Shown here: positions 39,226 through 48,090 of the stretch, piece after piece
Layout of the letters: each line of letters opens with the position of its first letter
Numbering within the stretch: position 1 is the first letter of the stretch
From: Alphaproteobacteria bacterium
GTDB lineage: Bacteria > Pseudomonadota > Alphaproteobacteria > UBA828
Assembly (NCBI GenBank): GCA_965220745.1
Contig: CBDCQT010000011.1
Span: 32,001 to 96,000, forward strand
Direction of reading: 5' to 3'
Length of the DNA stretch: 64,000 nucleotides
Notes under the pieces: generated by a model
Databases searched by the model: none
Told to the model about the DNA's origin: nothing
What the model saw: the letters and a program-made list of their open reading frames with translations, nothing else
Translations under genes and position numbers: made by a program

Positions 39226-40647
39226 ATGACCGGCTCGCTCGCGCTGCCGCTCTGGATTCTCGCGGTGGTCGGCGCACTCGCGCTCTGGGCCGCGCTCGAC
39301 CGGATCCTGATGCCGAGCGCGCGCTGGTTCCTGCGCCGCCGCCTCAACCGCATGATCGAGGAGGTCAACACGCGACTGGAGCTGCAGATCCCGGCATTCC
39401 AGCAGACCAAGCGCCGGGTGCTGATCGACCAGCTCGCCTACGACCCGCACGTGATGGAGGCGATCGAGGCCGAGGCCGAGGCCACCGGCACACCGCGCGA
39501 GGTGCTGAGCCGGCAGGTGGAGCGCTACGCCCGCGAGATCGTGCCTTCCTTCAACGCCTACGCCTACTTCCGCATCGGCTATCACCTCGCGCGACGGGCG
39601 GTGGAAAGCCTCTACCGCGTGCGCCTCGGCTATTCCGACGACGAGGCGCTGGCCCGCATCGAGCCCGGCGCCAGCGTCGTGTTTGTGATGAACCACCGCA
39701 GCAACATGGACTACGTGATCGTCGCCTACATGGCGGCCCATCGCTCCGCGCTCAGCTACGCCGTCGGCGAGTGGGCGCGGGTCTGGCCGCTCAGGATGCT
39801 GGTGCGCTCGCTTGGCGCCTACTTCGTGCGCCGGGGTTCGGGCAGCCGCCTCTACCGCCAGGTGCTCGCCCGCTACGTGCAGGCTGCGACCGCCGGCGGC
39901 GTGGTCCAGGCGGTCTATCCGGAAGGCGGCCTCAGCCGCGACGGCCGCCTGCGCAAGCCCAAGCTCGGGCTCATCAACTATATGGTCTCGTCCTTCGACC
40001 CGGAGGGGACGCGCGATCTGGTCTTCGTCCCCGTTGGCATCAACTACGACCGGGTACTGGAGGACCGCATGCTGGTCCGCGCACCGGGCCCCGGCGAGCC
40101 CCGGCGCAGCCGGGCACGCGTGCTCGCCACCGCGTTCCGCTTCGCCGCGCACAACGTGAGTCTGATGATCCGGCGGCGCTGGTACCGTTTCGGCTACGCC
40201 TGCGTGAACTTCGCCGCACCAATCTCCATGCGGGACTACGCCAAGGCGAACGGGCTCGACTTCCGCACGCTGGAGCTGGAGGAACGCCACCAGGCCGTCG
40301 AAAAACTCGGCGGCGAGCTATTGCAAGCGATCGCAGCAGCGATTCCGGTGCTTCCGGTGTCCCTGGTGGCGACGGTGTTCGTGCGTGCGGACGGGGCCCT
40401 TGATTTGCTGGAAATCAAGGGGCGCACCCAGGCGCTGATCGACCGGCTGGAGCGCGAGGGCGCCTACGTCCACATCCCGCGCGCCGACCGCGACTACGCT
40501 GTTACCGTGGGGCTACGCATGCTGACGCTGCGCCACTTCGTGACCGAGGCGGACGGGCTCTATCGCGCCAACGAAGGCGAGCGCGACATGCTGCGCTATT
40601 ACGCCAACGCCATCGAGCACTTCCTGCCCGACGCGCCGGACGACTGA
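39226..40647 (+). CDS. Glycerol-3-phosphate/1-acylglycerol-phosphate acyltransferase family protein
   Basis: NHRSNMDY (HX4D), GAYFVRR, YPEGGLSRDG. Confidence 0.88.
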   Translation: MTGSLALPLWILAVVGALALWAALDRILMPSARWFLRRRLNRMIEEVNTRLELQIPAFQQTKRRVLIDQLAYDPHVMEAIEAEAEATGTPREVLSRQVERYAREIVPSFNAYAYFRIGYHLARRAVESLYRVRLGYSDDEALARIEPGASVVFVMNHRSNMDYVIVAYMAAHRSALSYAVGEWARVWPLRMLVRSLGAYFVRRGSGSRLYRQVLARYVQAATAGGVVQAVYPEGGLSRDGRLRKPKLGLINYMVSSFDPEGTRDLVFVPVGINYDRVLEDRMLVRAPGPGEPRRSRARVLATAFRFAAHNVSLMIRRRWYRFGYACVNFAAPISMRDYAKANGLDFRTLELEERHQAVEKLGGELLQAIAAAIPVLPVSLVATVFVRADGALDLLEIKGRTQALIDRLEREGAYVHIPRADRDYAVTVGLRMLTLRHFVTEADGLYRANEGERDMLRYYANAIEHFLPDAPDD

Positions 40648-40703
40648 CCGGGCGAAAGGGGACGCGCCGGCGACGAGAGCCACCGGCGCGATGGATTACT
40701 CGG

Positions 40704-40997
40704 TTACTCCACGCCCTCGACGAAGTAGACGCTGCTGTTGGAGGCCCTGAAGCGCATCGGCAGCACCGCCTGGTACTCGGGGCAGTTGTACCACTCCTTC
40801 GCCTTTTCCATGCTCTCGAAGCGGATGATCACGATCCTGGGCGGCTTCGACATGCCGTCCATGTGGGCGACGTTGGTGGTGGCGGCGACCAGCTCGCCGC
40901 CGTAGGCCGCGACCGAGGGGCCGGCCTTCTCGGCGTACTCGTCCATGAGCGCCTGGTCGGTCACTTGCGATTCGGAAATCAGATAGGCGGCAGGCAT
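40704..40997 (-). CDS. DUF1330 family protein
   Basis: AYLI...Y....GG...IIRFESME.A.EWY..PEYQ...R...VEG. Confidence 0.88.
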   Translation of the reverse strand: MPAAYLISESQVTDQALMDEYAEKAGPSVAAYGGELVAATTNVAHMDGMSKPPRIVIIRFESMEKAKEWYNCPEYQAVLPMRFRASNSSVYFVEGVE

Positions 40998-41033
40998 GAA
41001 AGATCTCCTTGGGTTGTGTTGTTTCGGGGAGGA

Positions 41034-43061
41034 TTAGAGCTTGCGGGCCTGGCGGTGGCCTTCGTAGACCGCCTCGTAGGCGGTGCGGGGCGCGGTTGCG
41101 TCACCGATGGTCTCGACCGAGACCCCGCGCGCGGCGACCGCGTTATGCAGCGCGTTCTCGGAGCGTCGGCCAGTCGCCATGACGATCCAGTCGGCCTCGA
41201 TCGTCCGCTCCGCCTCTTCGTGGTGGACGTTGTAGAGCGTCACCTTGTCGCCCTCGATGCGGCGGACGAAGTGATCGACGCAAACCGTCACCCCGGTCTG
41301 GTAGAGCTTGGGCAGGATCCAGTCGAGATAGACGTCGAGGATGGTTTCCATGCCCACCATGGGCCAGCGGGTGACCAGCGTGACCTCGTCGGCTCCGCCC
41401 TCCTTGCAGGCGACGGCGGTGAGCGGCGCCACCACGTCGCAGAGATCGTCCAGCACCATCACCTTGCCGCGCGGCCGGGCCTGGCCCTGGGCCACCGTAT
41501 CCCAGCCGACGCAGTTGCCGGTCTCCCAGCCGGGGAGCCCCTCGCTGGTCCAGCCCTGGAAGCCATCGACTGCAACTGAAGACCCCGTGGCCACCACCAC
41601 GTGATCGGGCTTTACCGTCTCCAGCGCTTGGTCCAGATCCTCTTCCGTGATCGGCGCTCCGGTGACGATGCGAGTGCCGTTCTTCTCCGCCTGCGCCGCG
41701 AGCCAGCGGCCGATCTCGCCGTATTCGGCCCGGGTCGGCAGCAGCGACTGCACCCGCACGTGGCCGCCGGTCTCGCCCTCGGCCTCGTAGAGCGTCACGT
41801 TGTGGCCGCGGGCAGAGGCGACGCGCGCGTATTCCAGTCCGGCCGGGCCGCCGCCGATGACCAGCACCGACTTGGGCGCCGCCACCTTGACCAGCGTGCC
41901 CTCGCCCCACTTTCCCTCGCGGCCCACGGTGGGGTTGTAGATGCACTGCACGCGGCCGCCCCGGCTCACGCTCTTCCAGCAGAAGTTGGCGGCGACGCAG
42001 GCGCGAATGTCGTCGGTGCGGCCCTCCTGCGCCTTCTTGGCCCAGTGGGGGTCGGTGAAGAGCTGGCGGGCGAGGCAGATGGCATCGCCGTCGCCGGCTT
42101 CCAGCAGCCGCTCGGCCACGTCCGGCGTGGTGATGCGGCCCACCAGCAGCACCGGCTTGGATGAGATCTCGCGGATCTTGCGGGCGTAGCCGCGCTCCCA
42201 GCCTGCCTCGAACTCCATCGGCGTGTGGATGAAGGCGTGATGCACGCCGGCCGAGACGTTGACGTAGTCGATGTCCGCCCGCTTCTCGATCTCGGCGACG
42301 ATGTCCCGCACCTCGTCGATTTCCAAGTCGCCCGGCCAGAACGAGGTCGAGTTGATGCGGTAGCCGACGAACCTGTCGTCGCCGGCGGCAGCGCGCATCC
42401 GCTTCAATGCCTCAAGGGGAAAGCGCAGGCGGTTGTCCAGCGAGCCGCCCCAGCGGTCGGTGCGCTTGTTGTAGAGCGGCGAGATGAACTGCCAGGGCAG
42501 GTAACCGTGGCTGAGATGGAGCTCGACCCCGTCGAGCCCCGCCGCGAACGCACGGACCGCAGCGCTGCCGAAGGCCTCCAGCAGCTCCTCGATCTCATCC
42601 TCGTCGAGCTCCTTGGGCGTGGACGCGCCGGGGAACTCGCCCAAGGGCACCTGGCTTGGCGATACGGAGTACCAGGTCTCATCCGGGTCGTAGGTGGGCT
42701 CCTGCTTGAAGGTGGGGAAGCCCCGCACGCCCGAGTGCCAGAGCTGGATCGCGAGCTTGCAGCCTTCGGCGTGGACCGCGTCCGCGATTTTCGACAGCGG
42801 CTCGATCTGCCGGTCGTCGAAGAGCTGCGGCATGAGCAATGGCGCCATGAGCGAGCTCCGGTGGACATGGGTCCCGCCGATGATGATGAGGCCGACCCCT
42901 CCCTCGGCGCGCTCCCGGTAGTAATGGGTCGCCATGTCGATGAAGAGCCCGTTCCACGGGTCGGAGACCCAGCTCGGGCAGGTTGGCGGGAACACCACGC
43001 GATTCTTGATTGTGGTGTTGCGGATCTTCCATTCCGAGAAAAGCCGTGGATAGGTGGCCAT
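41034..43061 (-). CDS. OYE/FAD/[Fe-S] oxidoreductase (TMADH/DgcA/FadH superfamily)
   Basis: KNRVV, DGVELHLSHGYL..QF.SP..N.RTD.WGGSL.NR.RF, CVAANFC...C..NP, VLVIGGGPAGLE. Confidence 0.92.
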   Translation of the reverse strand: MATYPRLFSEWKIRNTTIKNRVVFPPTCPSWVSDPWNGLFIDMATHYYRERAEGGVGLIIIGGTHVHRSSLMAPLLMPQLFDDRQIEPLSKIADAVHAEGCKLAIQLWHSGVRGFPTFKQEPTYDPDETWYSVSPSQVPLGEFPGASTPKELDEDEIEELLEAFGSAAVRAFAAGLDGVELHLSHGYLPWQFISPLYNKRTDRWGGSLDNRLRFPLEALKRMRAAAGDDRFVGYRINSTSFWPGDLEIDEVRDIVAEIEKRADIDYVNVSAGVHHAFIHTPMEFEAGWERGYARKIREISSKPVLLVGRITTPDVAERLLEAGDGDAICLARQLFTDPHWAKKAQEGRTDDIRACVAANFCWKSVSRGGRVQCIYNPTVGREGKWGEGTLVKVAAPKSVLVIGGGPAGLEYARVASARGHNVTLYEAEGETGGHVRVQSLLPTRAEYGEIGRWLAAQAEKNGTRIVTGAPITEEDLDQALETVKPDHVVVATGSSVAVDGFQGWTSEGLPGWETGNCVGWDTVAQGQARPRGKVMVLDDLCDVVAPLTAVACKEGGADEVTLVTRWPMVGMETILDVYLDWILPKLYQTGVTVCVDHFVRRIEGDKVTLYNVHHEEAERTIEADWIVMATGRRSENALHNAVAARGVSVETIGDATAPRTAYEAVYEGHRQARKL

Positions 43062-43196
43062 GTCGCATTCCCCCCTGTCGTGGGCACCCCGCCGACCGGG
43101 TGCCCTGTGCACAAACGCCACGGTCCATTACACTCGGCTTGGCGCGGGAATGCCAGTTTCGCGGCCTCGGGCCTGCTCAAACACGGGAGGGCGGCG

Positions 43197-44612
43197 ATGT
43201 CCGACACCTATCGCGCAGTGATCCCCTACGAATCCCTCGATCCGCTGACCATAGGCTCGGCCGACGATCCGGCCATGGTCTATCGGGAAACCCTGACCCT
43301 CGACGTTCCCGAGGCCAATTTGCTGGCGGCGCTCTACCCGGACGAGCCCGCGCCCGTCGCGAACCCCACCGAGGCCTGCGCCGCCGCGCTGGAGGCGCCA
43401 CACTCGGGGCCTCGGTTCTCGGAGATGATCGGGCCGGACAAGAGCCTCGCCATCATCATCGACAACCAGTTCCGCCCGACGCCCACGTCGAAGCTGCTGC
43501 CGGCGGTGCTCGATGCCATCGAGGCCCACGGCGTCAAGGACGCGCGCGTGGTCTGCGCCAACGGCAAGGTCTTCCCCATGTCGGAACGCGACACCGAGCT
43601 CAAGCTCGGGCGGGAGAACCTCGCGCGCATGGAGCGGCTCGGCATCCCCTTCTTCCAGAACGAGCCGCGCGACCCCGAGCAGTACGTCTTCATCGGCATG
43701 ACCACGGGCGGCACGCCGGTCTGGCTGCACAAGGAGGTCGCGAAGTCTGACGTGACGCTCTCCATGGGTCAGGCGCAGTCCAACCACTGGGGCGCCGGCG
43801 GGGGCGGCAAGCTGATCCTGCCGGGCGTGGTCTCGGACGAGACCATCGAATCCAACCACTGCGCCTTCGTGATGTCACCCAAGACCCATTACGGTGCCTT
43901 GGCTGGGCCGATGCGGACCGATATTGACGAGGCGGCCACCATGTGCGGGCTCTCGGCGACGCTCAACAGCGTGCTGGATACCAGGGGCCGGCTCTGCTTC
44001 ATCAACTTCGGCGCGCACCCGGACGCGCACCGCGAGGCGATCCGCTACTTCAATGGCATCTACGCCTACGACCGCCCCGCGGGCGGGCCGGCCGACATCG
44101 CCATCTGCGGGGTCTTCGCGCCGACCGATCACCTGTTCTTCCACACCGGCTGGGGCTGCATGTCCTCCGACTTGCTGGTGAAGGACGGCGGCACGCTGAT
44201 CTATTGCAGCCCGTCCCCCGGCGTGAGCACGCATCTCGGCGACTTCCCGGGCCTCGCGCTCATGGACCTGATGAAGCCCTACATGCCACCCTCGCCCGCG
44301 AACCTGGAGCGCGTCTACCGCGACATCCACAGCCGCACCATCGAGATGTGGGCAGGTTGCATCTGGGTGCCGATCTACGAGGTCATGGTGCGCAAGCACC
44401 TCCATGTGGTGACGCTGGAGGAGAACCTGGAGATGGCGGCCGATATCGGGATCGAGGCCGGCACGTCGCTGGAGAATGCCTTCGCCGCCGCGATGGCCCG
44501 CCACGGTCCGGAGGCCAAGGTGGCGGTGCTGCCCTTCGCGCGCTACCAGCTGCCGCGCGACGCGATCCGCATGCCGGTGGAGGTCGAGCCCATGGCGCAG
44601 GCGGCGGAGTAG
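43197..44612 (+). CDS. Divergent LarA-family (lactate racemase domain) protein
   Basis: AL..P...P.., IIIDNQFRPTP, G.T..GTPV, HW.AGGGGKLILPGV...TI..NH, P.R.DI.EAA, VKDGGTLI; GGAGG RBS. Confidence 0.78.
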   Translation: MSDTYRAVIPYESLDPLTIGSADDPAMVYRETLTLDVPEANLLAALYPDEPAPVANPTEACAAALEAPHSGPRFSEMIGPDKSLAIIIDNQFRPTPTSKLLPAVLDAIEAHGVKDARVVCANGKVFPMSERDTELKLGRENLARMERLGIPFFQNEPRDPEQYVFIGMTTGGTPVWLHKEVAKSDVTLSMGQAQSNHWGAGGGGKLILPGVVSDETIESNHCAFVMSPKTHYGALAGPMRTDIDEAATMCGLSATLNSVLDTRGRLCFINFGAHPDAHREAIRYFNGIYAYDRPAGGPADIAICGVFAPTDHLFFHTGWGCMSSDLLVKDGGTLIYCSPSPGVSTHLGDFPGLALMDLMKPYMPPSPANLERVYRDIHSRTIEMWAGCIWVPIYEVMVRKHLHVVTLEENLEMAADIGIEAGTSLENAFAAAMARHGPEAKVAVLPFARYQLPRDAIRMPVEVEPMAQAAE

Positions 44613-44623
44613 GGTTCGGCCTC

Positions 44624-44938
44624 ATGTCCTCTTTCAGCGCTTTGACCGCGCCGATCACGGGATCGACCACCGTGGTCGAGTTGCTAGAGCGCTATCCCGG
44701 TGGCGAGGCGGCCGAGTTGATGGCAAGGCTCGCCTGGCCCTGCGCCCATTGCTCGGGCGCGCTGCACGAGCCCATCAGCATGGCCGCCAAGCGCCATGCG
44801 AACCGCGCTGGCCCCGTGGTTCGCGCCTTCCAGGCGCTCGCGCACGGCGGCCCGAGCGAGGCCGAGATCGCCGAGGCCGCGGCCAAGCACGAGAAGCGCG
44901 CCGACCCGGCGGCGCTCTGGGCCCGCTACACGCGTTAG
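44624..44938 (+). CDS. Small CxxC protein, DUF1858-like domain
   Basis: ITGSTTVVELLERYP...LAWPCAHCSGALHEPISMAAKRH resembles the DUF1858 pattern; directly downstream of the LarA-like gene. Confidence 0.6.
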   Translation: MSSFSALTAPITGSTTVVELLERYPGGEAAELMARLAWPCAHCSGALHEPISMAAKRHANRAGPVVRAFQALAHGGPSEAEIAEAAAKHEKRADPAALWARYTR

Positions 44939-45056
44939 ACCGCGCCCGGCGGGCGCCCGGCGGGCGCACGACGCTCGCATGCGCTTACTCATCACAACTA
45001 ATTCATCCAAGTTAGCTTGGTGGTCCGCTCCCTCTCCTGTACGGTCAGCAGACAGT

Positions 45057-45306
45057 GCCCCTGGAAGCACAGGTGGATAGTTGCGCCGCTTGAGACGAGC
45101 GAGGGGAGTGTCGAAAAGCGGAGGTAGGGTCGCACTGCACCGTCGCAAGACGGACTCGTTTCAGCGCTAGGAGCCGGTCGATCCCTCTAACGGCTAAGGT
45201 CCCAAGGCGCGAGGGCCTTGACGTGGGCTGTGGTGACTTGCGTCTGATGGCGGTACCCTTGACGACGCTTGGAAGACCCACGCCGGTTCAAGTCCGGTCA
45301 GGGGCA
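45057..45306 (+). ncRNA. Candidate structured RNA with tRNA-like acceptor, D and T arms enclosing a ~195-nt folded insert
   Basis: GCCCCTG(45057-63)/CAGGGGC-A(45299-306); T arm GCCGG-TTCAAGT-CCGGT; D-like GCAC-AGGTGGATA-GTTGC; several internal helices including a GCAA tetraloop. Confidence 0.6.
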
Positions 45307-45639
45307 TTCACCCTTTCCACGCGATGATTTTGCCCCGTTTGCGGGCGGACGGTTGATCTCCGCCGCGGCCCACCACGCATTGGGCGCGGCGATGCGGTGG
45401 TCGAAGCCGACCATCTCCACTTCGCTGCCAATCACGCGCTGTCGGCCGTCCCACACGGCTGCTGTTGCGCGTCCCAAGCGAGGCAAGCGGCCGTCTACCA
45501 CAGGGCCAAACGGGATGCAGTAAGACTTGCGGATTCCTCCAGGTTATTCTCCTGTCTGAGACCATAGTATAACGATGCCCTATACACTATATTAATAACC
45601 AGATATACTCAACTAAATTCTGAAAAAGGCAATCATTCT

Positions 45640-46350
45640 ATGCTGCGATGTAATGTGTGCGGTAACTCCACGTTTGGAAAGGGTCCTGGAGGCCGAATGA
45701 GCCGAGGCGGCCAGTTACCCGCCTGCGTGTCCTGCGGATCCCTGGAGCGGCATCGCTCGGTGCGCGCCGTCTGGCAGCCGCTGGTCGGGGCGGAGCTACA
45801 CCGCCTCAAAGCGATTCAGTTCAGTCTCGATCCGTCCGTAAACAAGGACTGGTTCGATTACTTGGAAGTCTCGATCTATGAAAAGAGAAACTCTCTTGAC
45901 TTGGAGGACATATACCGCCTGGCCGGAAGTTATGACATTGTCATATGCAATCATGTTCTGGAGCATATCGAAGATGATCGTCGCGCGTTTCGGGAAATTA
46001 TGCGCGTTCTAACGCCCTCGGGACTCTTCCAATTCACGGTGCCGCTTCCTTGTGCACGCGCCGTCACGGAGGAGTGGGGTTATCCGGACCGTCCCCACGG
46101 GCACTACCGGTTGTATGGGAGAGACGTGATCGATCGTTTCGCCGAAGCCAGGCCGGGAACGCGGTTCCTGTGCGTTCCATGCGTCGATCCCGTTACCGGA
46201 GAACCGGATTTCGTGTACTTCGCATTTCCCAAAGAGCGCCGGCTGAATGGGATTCACCGGGTGCTCGGCCAGGCGTTCCCGTCGCTGACGGTGGACGGGC
46301 ACGGTGGTTCGAGCGCTTCGGCCGGGGTCCGTCAAGTCGCAAGTCGCTGA
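45640..46350 (+). CDS. Class I SAM-dependent methyltransferase with N-terminal Cys motifs
   Basis: C..C...C..CGSLERHR; YDIVICNHVLEHIEDDRRAFREI.RVL.P.G; H.R.YG.D. Confidence 0.82.
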   Translation: MLRCNVCGNSTFGKGPGGRMSRGGQLPACVSCGSLERHRSVRAVWQPLVGAELHRLKAIQFSLDPSVNKDWFDYLEVSIYEKRNSLDLEDIYRLAGSYDIVICNHVLEHIEDDRRAFREIMRVLTPSGLFQFTVPLPCARAVTEEWGYPDRPHGHYRLYGRDVIDRFAEARPGTRFLCVPCVDPVTGEPDFVYFAFPKERRLNGIHRVLGQAFPSLTVDGHGGSSASAGVRQVASR

Positions 46351-46369
46351 GCGCGTGCAAAGCAGGTCC

Positions 46370-47200
46370 ATGGGGCGGATCGCCCCGGCGCCGCGGGATC
46401 GTATCGAAGCGCCGTCTCAGGCGGCTCTGGCGTTGCTTGATCTCACCCAAGGCGCGCGAGCGCATCACCTCTGGTACCTGCTCGCCTGGCAGGACATCCG
46501 TCGGCTCTACCGGCGATCCGTCCTCGGACCGTTCTGGCTTACCGTTAGCATGGGTGCGCTAGTGGGCGTGCTGGGAACGCTCTACGGCATGCTGTTCGAG
46601 GTGGAGAGCGCGGACTACGTGCCCTTCCTCGCGCTCGGCTTCATCGTCTGGACGCTGATCTCCGGCGTCATCACCGACGGCTGCAAGGCCTTCATCACGG
46701 CGGAAGGCATCATCAAGCACGTGGGCTTGCCGCTCTCGATCCACGTGTATCGGCTGCTTTGGCGTCACCTCATGATCCTCTTTCACAATGCCGCGGTGTT
46801 CGTCGTCGTGGCCGCGGTCTTTGCCGTCTGGCCGGGCTGGGTGGGCCTTCTCGCCCTGCCCGGCCTCCTGCTGCTCTGCCTGAACGGCATCTGGGCGGGC
46901 CTGCTGCTGGGCATCGTCTCGGCCCGCTTCCGAGACGTGCCGCCGATCGTGACGAGCGTTGTGCGGATCTGCTTCTTCGTGACCCCGATCATCTGGACGC
47001 CAGAGCTCTTGCCGGCGCGCACCCTGGTGCTGGACGCCAACCCCTTCTTCCACCTGGTGGAGGTCGTGCGGGCGCCGCTGCTGGGTCAGATGCCGGGGCT
47101 GGCTTCCTGGATCGCGGTGCTGGTCATGACGGCCGCAGGCTGGCTCGTGACCTTCGCGCTCTTCCGCCGTTACCGGCGGCGGATCGCCTACTGGGTCTGA
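46370..47200 (+). CDS. wzm: Polysaccharide ABC exporter permease (Wzm)
   Basis: DIRR.YRRSVLGPFW, ARFRDV, FFVTPIIW, NPF.H....RAPLLG; start uncertain. Confidence 0.9.
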   Translation: MGRIAPAPRDRIEAPSQAALALLDLTQGARAHHLWYLLAWQDIRRLYRRSVLGPFWLTVSMGALVGVLGTLYGMLFEVESADYVPFLALGFIVWTLISGVITDGCKAFITAEGIIKHVGLPLSIHVYRLLWRHLMILFHNAAVFVVVAAVFAVWPGWVGLLALPGLLLLCLNGIWAGLLLGIVSARFRDVPPIVTSVVRICFFVTPIIWTPELLPARTLVLDANPFFHLVEVVRAPLLGQMPGLASWIAVLVMTAAGWLVTFALFRRYRRRIAYWV

Positions 47201-47205
47201 GCGCC

Positions 47206-47952
47206 GTGGTCAGCCTCCGAATCGAAGCGGTCACAGTCGACTTTCCCGTCTACAGCGCCGGCGCGCGGTCTCTGAAGAAACGCTTGCTTCATCGCGGCAC
47301 CGGCGGGCGCATCGTACATGGTGCCGCCAATCGGATGCGCGTGCGCGCTCTTGAGGATGTGAGTCTCGCCTTGAAGCGAGGCGATCGGATCGGTCTTGTC
47401 GGCTCCAACGGCGCGGGCAAGACGACGCTGCTACGCGTGCTCGCCGGCGCATACGAGCCTACGCAGGGTCGCATCGAGCGACGCGGACGGACTGCATCGC
47501 TGCTCAACGTCTCCCTCGGCATCGATTCCGAAGCGACAGGCTACGAGAACATCATGACCCGGGGGCTCCTCCTGGGCCTTCGGCCGGATCAAGTCCGCGT
47601 GCGCGTGGATGAGATCGCGGCATTTACCGAGCTCGGCGAGTATCTCGCGATGCCGGTGCACACCTATTCGGCGGGCATGCGGCTGCGGCTCGCCTTTGCG
47701 GTGTGCACCAGTTTCGATCCCGAAATCCTGCTGATGGACGAGTGGTTGGGCATCGGCGACCGCGCGTTCGTTGAAAAGGCGAAACACCGGCTCGAACGGT
47801 TCGTGGAACGTGCGGGCATATTGGTGCTCGCCTCGCAGAATACCTCCCTGCTCCAGCGGATCTGTTCCAGAGGCGTTTTGCTCGATCAGGGAAGGGTCAC
47901 GTGTTTCGGGTCGATCGATGAAGTGCTGCACATGTATTGGGAGACTGCCTGA
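47206..47952 (+). CDS. wzt: Polysaccharide ABC exporter ATPase (Wzt), no C-terminal CBM
   Basis: GSNGAGKTT, ATGYENI, YSAGMRLRLAFA, ILLMDEW. Confidence 0.92.
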   Translation: MVSLRIEAVTVDFPVYSAGARSLKKRLLHRGTGGRIVHGAANRMRVRALEDVSLALKRGDRIGLVGSNGAGKTTLLRVLAGAYEPTQGRIERRGRTASLLNVSLGIDSEATGYENIMTRGLLLGLRPDQVRVRVDEIAAFTELGEYLAMPVHTYSAGMRLRLAFAVCTSFDPEILLMDEWLGIGDRAFVEKAKHRLERFVERAGILVLASQNTSLLQRICSRGVLLDQGRVTCFGSIDEVLHMYWETA

Positions 47953-48090
47953 TTGTAATGTTCTGAATTACCACTATTAATCGGCACATATGATGCAATA
48001 TCCCCAGCTTAATATCTATTGACGATGCACTCCAATATCGTACACTATCCGCGCCATATAATGTTTCTACAGCCCTCGGAATAACATGCC

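Noticed and set aside
44941-44968. GCCCGGCGGGC tandem/hairpin after the CxxC gene
   Set aside because: Short GC-only repeat, expected by chance or a simple terminator-like hairpin.
45057-45306. tmRNA, RNase P RNA, or a group I/II intron-containing tRNA
   Set aside because: No GGGG start, G3-U70 or ACCA end; no GAGGAAAGTCC RNase P motif; no group I P7 pair of the GACTA/TAGTC type; the GAGCCG...CGGCT hairpin is too short for group II domain V. Kept as an unclassified RNA candidate.
45298-45565. Small ORFs downstream of the tRNA-like element
   Set aside because: No recognisable motif, RBS or codon bias; may be a gene remnant but cannot be supported.
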